DNA from: Octopus sinensis
Lineage: Eukaryota
NCBI RefSeq assembly: GCF_006345805.1
Contig: NC_043017.1
Location: forward strand, 14,694,001-14,758,000
Length of the DNA: 64,000 bases
Reading direction: 5' to 3'
In this document: positions 54,120-64,000 of the stretch, in pieces
Numbering within the stretch: position 1 is the first letter of the stretch
Layout: each line of letters starts with the position of its first letter
Made by a program: the position numbers and the translations under genes
Notes under the pieces: model-generated
Databases searched by the model: none
What the model was told of the DNA's origin: nothing
Seen by the model: the letters and a program-made list of their open reading frames with translations, nothing else

Positions 54120-55782
54120 CATGTAACGGTACTGGTAATTCTCTTAGAAACAATAGCTAAATATTCCGTAAATCACATTTTAATATTATCATCTTAAAAC
54201 AATCCAACGTAGTCTATCACTTTTTTAGAAATAGTCACCAATTATGATTCGAATCACACCTAGAATTTACGATCTGAAACTGGGTGAACTAAGTGGTTAT
54301 TAAATGATAGAAACGGCAATAAAATATCCTTTACTAATAACGCATAATATTTAAAATAAAAGTAGGGGTCCTATATATATTACGACTGAAATCAACAGGA
54401 TGGGGTACGATGGAACACATTTCATCATAGGTCTTCTCTATAATAGCTAACGAAATACTAAAAACCAAAAGCCAGGCATGTTTTTTGTCTCTTAGAGAGA
54501 ACGATGTCTGATTCTTAGGTCATCATTTACATCTTTGTAAAGGGTACTCAACTACTTTAAGTGCTTCGACTCAAAAGGCTGTGTGATATTTAGACAGACA
54601 ACTGACAAAAATTAGTGCCAATGCATAAACCAAATGTCTTTTTGGATAATGTTTCAAATTTACACCCGTGGTAGATTATTCGCCGTGGAAGAAGCCTATT
54701 TTTGCCGATTTACTAAAATGTCTTTGATCCAGTCTTTGTAATTATCTAGGAAATGACAATTCATTCGAACAGGAATGGAAGGTATTTCATAAGTGATAAA
54801 ACATAATAATAACCGCTCCCCGCCGCTCGTATAACACTCCGCAGATCATTCAGTTCTCGGTCGAAGATATCACTAATTGTCTAATGGCCTTTTTAGCAAC
54901 AAACTAAACAAGACAAAAAGATTTACAAATTAATATAAATTTTTGAAATAAAGTAGGAACAACACAAGAGCAAAACGATTCTGTCTTTGGAAAATACAAT
55001 GTTTCGATTAGTTGCAGATATCAAGCGGAGTTTAAATACATTTTATTGATGGCAATTTTATTATCAGTGACTGACAAATTGCTTTCTACAGTTCGGAATT
55101 TTTGCAAATGGGTTATGATAAGGATGGAGTAAAACATAAATGAGATCGGTTCACAGTAGGTTATCCAGTTGAGCAATACAGTTTCCGCAGTTAGAAATTA
55201 ATTAGATAAAACCTAACCAAGGAGGTTTTATTTTTGCTTTATAACAACAGCGTTTTTCGTTTCAATTGCTAAAATGCTTTTAGGAGTGACATGAATTTCG
55301 TTTCATTGAGTTTTATTATGGTGATAAAATATAAAAAAAGGTACAAAAAATAGCTGAATATTATAGCGTGATTGTAGTATTAAAAATGGTGACAATCAAA
55401 ATTAGCGACCGACTTTCACTTATAAAGCTGGATCTCGTGTAGTTAGACAAGGGTTGACGTTGTTCTTATTGCTGTTTAGACTCAGATCAACTCTAACGGA
55501 ACAGACTTCTGACCAACGGTTGTCCATCAATGGACATTTTCAAGACATTGTGGATCTAGGTGTGTATTATCTAATGTGTACAGCCTTGTTGCATAACCCT
55601 AGGTCAACCGTGATCAACAAAATCCGTGACCAAAGGAATTTTATCTGTGGCCATCCCGGAACTGCATTACCAAACATGCCCTCCGTTTTTCGATCGTAGG
55701 TTACGATTAAAAAGTAGATTTGGCTGCTATCTTTAGCAGAGCGAGTTATCATAAAGACAGTTATTACTGATTCAGTAAAAGA

Positions 55783-56001
55783 AGGCGGTGAGCTGGCAGA
55801 ATCATCAGCGCGCCGTGCAAAATGCTTCACGGCATTTCGTCCGTCTTTATGTTCTGAGTTCAAATTCCGCTGAGGTCAACTTTGACTTTAATCCTTTTGG
55901 GGGTCAATAAATTTAGTACCAGCGGTGTACTGGGGTCGATGTAATCGACTTGTACTCGCTCCAAAATTTCAGGCCGTGTGCCTAGAGTAGAAGGGGTTAT
56001 T
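55783..56001 (+). mobile_element. SINE family A, full length
   Basis: GGCGGTGAGCTGGCAGAATC head, B-box GAGTTCAAATTCC, standard 3' end. Confidence 0.88.
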
Positions 56002-56575
56002 GATTGGGTAAAGAGAGTTTTATTATTAGTGAAGTGGAAGGAGTACAAGGACCCCAACAGGGCTTCTGAGACTAGTGGAGGGGGAGGGGGAAGGGACAAG
56101 GAAGATTTCTTCAAAGCAGGGACCAGGCTTGAATGCTTGTAACACAGTGACCCCTCTGCTCCCTAAGGTTATCCAAGGGTCAGGGGAGGGTTAGACCAAG
56201 TGACGAGTTAAATCTACTTTGTGGATGGAAAGTATGAAGATCACATAATCACAGTTCCTTACTCCGAGAACAAGACGCTTTTGTGCCACCGTTCTAATGA
56301 TTGTAGAAATGGATGGACATCATCGAGAAACTCGGAGTAAGCAACAGTGCAAATAAACAACGGTAGCAGATTAATTAAACTATGGCATCAAGGGAGTATT
56401 CGCTTTCTACACAAAACGGGCATGCGAACACACACACACACACACACACACATCTCCCTCTCTCTATGTATTGTACACACACATGAACACACACACATAC
56501 ATGTGCTTGTGCGTGCGTGTGCATACATGCATACATGTATGTTTATACATATATATGTATATACGTACATATATA

Positions 56576-56976
56576 GGCGCAGGAGTGGCTGTGTGGTATG
56601 TAGCTTGCTAAGCAACCACATGGTTCCGGGTTCAGTCCCACTGCGTGGCATCTTGGGCAAGTGTCTTCTGCTATAGCCCCGGGCCGACCAATGCCTTGTG
56701 AGTGGATTTGGTAGACGGAAACTGAAAGAAGCCTGTCGTATATATGTATATATATATATGTATGTGTGTCTGTGTTTGTCCCCCTAGCATTGCTTGACAA
56801 CCGATGCTGGTGTGTTTACGTCCCCGTCACTTAGCGGTTCGGCAAAAGAGACTGATAGAATAAGTACTGGGCTTACAAAGATTAAGTCCCGGGGTCGATT
56901 TGCTCGACTAAAGGCGGTGCTCCAGCATGGCCGCAGTCAAATGACTGAAACAAGTAAAAGAGTAAAGTGTAAAGAG
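56576..56976 (+). mobile_element. SINE family B, full length, best copy in the window
   Basis: GGCGCAGGAGTGGCTGTGTGG (A-box), GGGTTCAGTCCC (B-box), internal TA/GT tract, 3' hairpin CAGTC-AAAT-GACTG and a GTAAAAGA tail. Confidence 0.92.
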
Positions 56977-57206
56977 TATATATATGTATGTATGTATGTA
57001 TGCGTATGTATGCATGCAAGTGTATATGTGTATAGACATACACGATTGTCTACAAAGGATAAAACCTTACGAAATAGGTGAAATATTATTTCTTTGCACG
57101 ACTGTCATAACGGTGCTTGCACAAATTATTTGGAGATATATGTATATATATGGATGCATGTATATATGTGTGTATATATACATATATACATATGTATGTA
57201 TGTATG

Positions 57207-57244
<38 letters not shown>

Positions 57245-58552
57245 CGTGTGCGTGTGTGTGTGTACATACATACATGTATACATACATATGATTATATAGA
57301 CATATCTACAAATCTTTCTACTCTTATACAGAATGTTAACTGTGGTTGTATTTCCGTTTGGACAATTGATAATAAAACATATTCCTTTCCATCAAAACTG
57401 AAAGAAAGTCGGTTGTAGAATTGGTTCAACCAAAATATTATGAATGAAAAATTTAATTTCGGTTTGAAATCAGGAATTGCCAAACGGCGTTTTTAACTAT
57501 AACATTCTAAAACGTGTTCATTGTATTAATACATTTTATAAATGCGCCCGAGTGAATAATTTATATAGTTTTAATGAATTCAAGTTATTCTTGAGAACAT
57601 GAGATATAACGTTCCACTATCGATTATTCAGTATCTTTAGAGACACTTTGGTGGGCAAATTAAAATATTGGCTCTTATTTCCCACATACATTTGCTCTCG
57701 TCTCATCTTTCTTCCATTTAACTACCAGCTACCCAGAAAACAAGGTACAAATGCTCTTTCATGGACAAATGGGTTTGTATTTTAGCCTGAAATCGTTAGT
57801 TAATGTTCTGTCAAATATTCATAGAGAGTGTGTTTAAGAATTTTATAAAAGACATATCGATACAAATTTTTGTGTTTAGTTCGATGGAAGTGGATGGAAT
57901 TGAAACTTGAATGCTTAAAATCAGATTATTTACAAAATATTTTAAATAATATATATTTGGTTAAATGTCTACCGATCTCTAAAGTGCAATCTGAGAGAAA
58001 CCGATAGATTGATAAATCGATACGTAGACGGACAGACAGACAGGCAGGTAGGTAGACAGATAGACAGGTAGGTAGGTAGGTAGATAGAGAAATTAAAATA
58101 AATTAGAAGAGAAAGAGAATGCAATATGAAAGCAAAATATTATAATGCAACAAAGAATATATATTGACAAAAACTGTTTCTCTAGAATTTAGGAAATTCT
58201 TACAAGATACCAGAATATTCTAACAGTGGTAAAATTATTCTTATAGTTTAAAGAAATAAACTCTACAAGAGAAATATTCTGAAATTGCCCACAAATGGTG
58301 GGAGCACTAACAAATGTCTCCAGATTGACTGTTACTGGCGGGAGAACAAACAAATTTCGTTCGATAAAATTTCTTCCTAATAAAATTCCAATATGGCTCA
58401 TAAGAAATATGCGTCTGTGTTATAAAGGGATTATTTCCTCTTACTTAAATTTTTAGTAGGAAGAAAGCTCTACAAACTTCTAAGGTAGGTTTGTCCTGAG
58501 GATATTGTGTTGCTACACAAAACAATGACCATATCAATCGATCTGTCTATCT

Positions 58553-58592
<40 letters not shown>

Positions 58593-59244
58593 CAAGACCT
58601 ATATGCTAACTTCTCTGTATTCTAGGCTGTGTTAAAACCGTCGTATGGGGCATTATTCATTGCAAATATTAATCGATGTGAATTATTTCCTTCAGCTCCT
58701 ATCGCAGTATGGAATGGAAAGAAAAGCTGTATCAAGTATAATAATAAAGTTACTTTATTAACAAGTATACGAACTACTAATGGAGAATTCTTAAATTTAA
58801 TATGGTCAGGAATTTGTGGAAAGACATAAGACTGTTGCAAATGGCATAGTGAAGAGTTGGTTATAAAGTAAGGATAGGACGGATCATAGGGAAGAGAGCC
58901 AAGGTGTATGTTTAAGCGTTTAATTTGGAAAGAGTTTTATGTAAGGAAAGGGGTTTTATGTAAAAGGTACGTACTGTGGTATCAAGTTAGATGTAAGGTT
59001 GGATTTAGAATAGATTTGCATGGGTTGGGGATAATACAACATCTGTTTCGGTGGGTGGATTATCATATATATCAGAAGAAGAAGAAGAAGGAGGGGGAGG
59101 AGAATTATTATTATTATTTGTAGCTAAACTATTAACACACTTTGCAATGTGTAATTATAGCTGCTCTCTGTCACCTCTTTTCACCCTTTTCAACGAATGC
59201 TAGAGCGCTCGAGCATTGTACAATAAGCTGCTGCTGTTGCTGGT

Positions 59245-59245
<1 letters not shown>

Positions 59246-59295
<50 letters not shown>

Positions 59296-59327
59296 TATTA
59301 TTATTATTATTATCATTATTATTATTA
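59246..59327. repeat. (AAT)n(ATT)n self-complementary microsatellite
   Basis: Direct reading. Confidence 0.85.
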
Positions 59328-59328
59328 A

Positions 59329-59739
59329 GGCGGCGAGCTGGCAGAACCGTTAGCACGCCGGACGAAATACTTAGTGGTATTTCGCCTGTCGCTACGTTCT
59401 GAGTTCAAATACCGTCGAGGTCGACTTTGCCTTTCATCCTTTCGGGGTCGATAAATGTAATGGACTAGTTCCCTCCCCCCCAAAATCCAAGCCTTGTGCC
59501 TATAGTAGAAAGGATTATTATTATTGAGGAGGCAAGCTGTCAGAATCGTTAGTACGCCAGACGAAATGTTTAATGGCATTTCGTCTGCCGTTACGTTCTA
59601 AGTTCAAATTCCGCCGACGTCGACTTTGCCTTTCACCCTTTCGAAGTCGATAAAATAAGTGCCAGTGAAACACTGGGGTCGATGTAATCGGCATATCCCC
59701 TCCCTCAAAATTGCTGCCCTTGTGGCAAATTTGTAACCA

Positions 59740-59777
<38 letters not shown>

Positions 59778-59790
59778 ATTATTATTATTA
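59329..59790 (+). mobile_element. Two tandem SINE family A copies, each ending in (ATT)n
   Basis: Heads at 59329 and about 59528, both with GTTCAAAT B-boxes; long ATT tail at 59741-59790. Confidence 0.9.
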
Positions 59791-61440
59791 AATCTAGCTT
59801 CAATTTCTTGGAGTTGAAACCTCGATAGACTTAGTATCATTTGGCTCTAGTTCTGGTAACTCGATTATTTAATTACATCAAATTACATTAGTAACAAAGC
59901 ATATTCTTCGAAATTTTCGAAACTATTTAATTTTCTGCTGAAATCGAATCGCAATTAGAGCCGATGACACTAAGCAGTTCCGAAAGTTGGAGAGAAACGT
60001 CAAGACTTCATCAGAATGAAATCTTCAGCTACGAAATTAACGTCAATCAGCTGTGCAAACACCACATCACGTCTTGCACTCAGATCAGTTGGCTTCCACA
60101 ATCTCTAGTTCCTATTCATACCATTCTTTAGAACCATATTCCATACATTTCAGATTTTATACCACTTATTTGATGAAATATTTCCGTATTTCAAATGTAA
60201 ATTTGTATTTTATTTCTTTCCTTTTTTAAAGGTGGAATCATTTTCAAGAAGGTGCGAAAAATGACTCAGTGATTTTATGTATATATTTGTTTGTTTATAT
60301 TAATTTATTTTCGACTTTTTTTTTCTAAAATATACTTTTATTTCAAATATAAACGATGAATAATATTCATTTTATGAAGTAACAAAATTAAATTTTAATT
60401 ATATTCGCTCCATGTGTGATAAATTACTATTTCAGGAGAGAATTTTTTTTTTTTTTTAATTGGTAAATAAATTAATCAAATATTTTAGAAGATTTAGAAT
60501 ATTTTATTAGAAGACAGTTCTTTTGCTTGAGTGTTTTGATTATCAATTTCTGTAGCTCGCTGTTAAAATAATCCATATCCTCTGCTTTATGCTATTTATA
60601 TTTAATGTGCTCGCAGATAATGTGAAGTAGCAATGAACACCACTTGATCAAGTACTGACAATCTTTTAAACATGCAGAACTAAAAAAATACCTCATTAAA
60701 ACATAACATAATAAAGTGGGTAGAGCATCAGATTGACTGTATTGTGGTATCAGTTGTGGGTCTCTGTGCTTTGAGTTCAAATTCCACAAAGACTACTTTT
60801 CAAGCATTTTTCTCTTCGTTATAAAGTAGTTTCCCATTACAAGCGCAGCACTCTTTTTCTCGTTCATGCAATCAAAGTTTAAAGGGTTGATAAGATGACC
60901 CGCAACCTTTAGAGGAAGTACGATAGTTACTGGCTATTGACGCCAAATCGTCCTTAATTGCCAGCGACGGCTGCAGTCTAATTATAAGAGAGAAGGGTGA
61001 AAACATGGTTGTGTTAAGAAATTCCTTGTTAACCACCTGTTCTCGAGTTCGATCTCGGTGCACAGCAACTGATCAAGTGTTTTCAAGCACAACTTCAGAT
61101 TAACCTAAGCCATGAGAATGAACTTCAGTGAGTGGGAAACCTGGTGGAGTCCAATCAGGTTGGGGGTAAGGAACAGTACTTTTATCTCGAGTATATAGAA
61201 TTAACAACATCGCCGTCTCTGGCGTGCATTTAGCAAACTATACACAGTTGCAAGCGCTTAGACCAGGTCTCCGAAGTGAGGGTTACTTTCCCCTTTGTCT
61301 TACCTATAAAAGGGATCACAGGTGTAGCTTTTCCTTCTTTGACTTAGTAATAAAAGTAAAACTTGCTATTCGGATAAAGAACGCAATACTTCGCGAGAAA
61401 TCTAAATCAAATATCTTTGAATATTGAACATTTTTATGGA

Positions 61441-61525
61441 ATGGATTGCAGGGATAACATGTGGACCGAGAAGTGTGAAATGCAATCGTTTAGTCTCGAT
61501 TCGGTCCTGGCGGGGAGCAGCAAGG
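61441..61525 (+). CDS. Weak candidate first coding exon MDCRDNMWTEKCEMQSFSLDSVLAGSSK
   Basis: ATG-initiated open frame ending at a full-consensus donor AAGG|gtaagt; no other support. Confidence 0.15.
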
Positions 61526-62545
61526 GTAAGTGTCTTTAGTTGTAGCCTGAATTGAGAAATTAGACGGTAACAACAAGGAAAAAATCATCGTGTGTGTGCG
61601 TGTGTGTGTATACGTATTTATGTGTGTATATGTGTGCATATTTCACAGATTTATAGCGGCTACGAAGCCAAGAAGTGGTGCTTTAGGAATGCTATCCCTT
61701 GAGATATTTTTTATGCATAGAATTGAAAACCCGGATTTGTCCCTCATCTATCTGAAACCTGAAACCCAACGACGTTATAGTTCACTTGTAGGAATATACA
61801 ATGACAAATACACCGATTCTCTGAAAACGCTAAAGTAAAATATCACTAAAAATAACGTTAAAAGTCAAAGGTTAAGCAAAAGTTAATTCAAATTGATAAT
61901 TACTCGTGAAGAGAGGAAATTTTCAATTTAATGATTTGTTACCGGCAAGAAAAGGAGAAAGGACCACTAAGCGATGAATATTTTAGGAATGATTAAAAAT
62001 AGAATGTGAACATGCAGTGGGAAGCGAGCCTGATGTTTAGAAGTAAAGAATGACGACCAGTTCCGGGCTGGTTAGGCGTTACCAGCGATGCATAGTCTGA
62101 AACGAGTTTAATAGGGACGAGAAGATGTATAGAGCTTTAAGCATTTTACATATGAAAGTCTTCTAAGTCTATAAATCCTTGGGACAGGAGCCATATTTTA
62201 TTACCTTCAATCGACCAAATTGGTAATTTTAAAATTTAGATACAGATATGTGAAAGGAAGCTATGAGAACAACCTTGTAGTACTAGATACAAGGAGATTG
62301 TAGCAGCCCTTTATTACGAAGCACTGAATATATAAGAGGGAGCTTCGGTTTCCCTGTATTACAGGGTAATTATTATGTGAGAGGCAGCTATGGTAGCACT
62401 ATATTACGAGGTGTAGACTATCTGAGACGGAGCTATAATTAATACTATCGTTTCCTTGTTGGAAGGATTCTGAAATTTCTTTACATATAGAATGTTAATG
62501 TAAAATTATTTGGCAAAGAAACGTTTGTGCGTATGTGTGTATGTA

Positions 62546-62576
<31 letters not shown>

Positions 62577-64000
62577 TGATAACTGGTGTAGCTCTGGTGG
62601 CATTTTCAAGGTACCTAGCTGTGATACTTAGTAGGGTTGACCTGATAAGTTAAAGCCTCGAAGGTGCAGCCCCAGTATGGTCACAGACGAGAGACTTAAA
62701 CCAATTTGTTACCACAGAGAAATAGGTCTGGGTTAGCAATAGGGTTGGGCGCGAGAGAGGGAACTACCTAAAGCTCCCGCTAGTTGAAGAAATAAATGCA
62801 ACTGCTCACATTTCTCTAAGAAGATATGTTACGTTTCTGATACAAACTCTTTAGATTTATTAGTTTATTGTAGAGCTTTCTTTTAACTTAGACACTTTAA
62901 CAACAGATCTAAAGAACTTTTTAAAATACCTTCAATAAAATAATGTGGTTATCAGAATGTTTAAAGTGGTATGGATATCAGTTTGATCAAATTGATTTAT
63001 TTTGTTGTGAGAACTGCAGCCACACAGCTGTAGTTTATACAGGCTTCCTGCGTGATAGGTAAACATCACGACAGAAACACCGTAATTAGCGATTCGAGGT
63101 AACATGTGTTGGCACGAAGGCAAACACTCACACGTCAGGTTCACTCAACGCTTTTAATCATTTATCGAACATTTTAACCATTTCATGGCCGAATTCGTTT
63201 ATTTGCATGTGACGACTGCACAGTGGAATTGTCAGTCAGCGCTCGATATTTTTATTGTAAACTAAGTGAATTTTGATCGATTAATTAATGTTTGAACTCT
63301 GTCCAAATTATCAGATTCAATCAATTGCCTCAGTAGTTAATGCCAGAATCCAGAACGGAGGTCTTGCATTAAATTGTTTGAACACATTTAAAGCAGGCAT
63401 GAAATGAAAAATAATCTCTTTTTCTCGTTTTCACGCTCCTATTAGGAAACATTGGTCTCTACCGAAGTGAAATTCACTCCAAAATCTTAGAATAAGTTTC
63501 GTAATACTGAGTCAAAACAAAACCCTAGGAAATTGCGAGAAAAAATCGATAATTTTTTTATTTAAGGAAGAATTTGCCGTTAAAGGAAATATAAACGTAA
63601 AGCATCAGAATTTTAGTATTAATTAGTATTAATTACTGGTCGTTTGAGATAGGTAATTAATTAAGCTTTACAAGATTGATTCACCACTAATGAAGCTTTC
63701 CCATTTTGTCAGTAATAAATTCTAAATGTTTTCTGAAACAAAGACATTTGATATCGATCAATTTGGATCAGGTTGATCTGAAGTAATGGGAGCGGTGGGA
63801 GGGGTGTATAGAATTTACAAATTGATGATGATATTGAGACAATAAGAGAAAGTTCGCTAGTATTGATGAAAATTCGATCAAAGTGATCACGTTAAAAACA
63901 CAAAATGTTAGAGCTTTTATAGATTACAACTTTAGTCTGTTACTGATTTTAGTCCTTAGATTGTGACCATACTGGGGCACCCTATTGTTTCAGTGTGTCG

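Noticed and set aside
56576-56650. tRNA genes at SINE heads
   Set aside because: A and B boxes are present, but I could not build a complete cloverleaf and the heads continue into SINE bodies.
61304-61342. 39-nt phase-1 minus exon candidate (KEGKATPVIPFI)
   Set aside because: The AAG acceptor is weak, and such pairs are expected by chance at this window size.

Overview
AT-rich, repeat-dense eukaryotic DNA that is mostly intronic or intergenic. The dominant tRNA-derived SINE families look like those I recall from Octopus (coleoid cephalopod) genomes; this organism call is pattern recognition, not a database result. There is no prokaryotic operon, CRISPR array or rRNA. One convincing coding exon is present (minus strand, 4809-5073, 87 full codons, canonical splice sites, product not identified), plus a few weak exon candidates, including an 18-nt phase-compatible microexon. 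The rest is transposon debris and tandem repeats: many SINEs, RTE, CR1/L2-type, Tx1-like and two nested R4/Dong-type LINE fragments, a Helentron-like non-autonomous element, a Tc1/mariner deletion derivative, a probable solo LTR, a 4.35-kb G-rich 20-bp satellite with higher-order structure and dense microsatellites. The most unusual signal is three short local duplications of unique sequence: two inverted (one bracketed by 21-bp direct repeats) and one direct copy inside the LTR-like element. Most ORFs in the supplied track are microsatellite or satellite artefacts.
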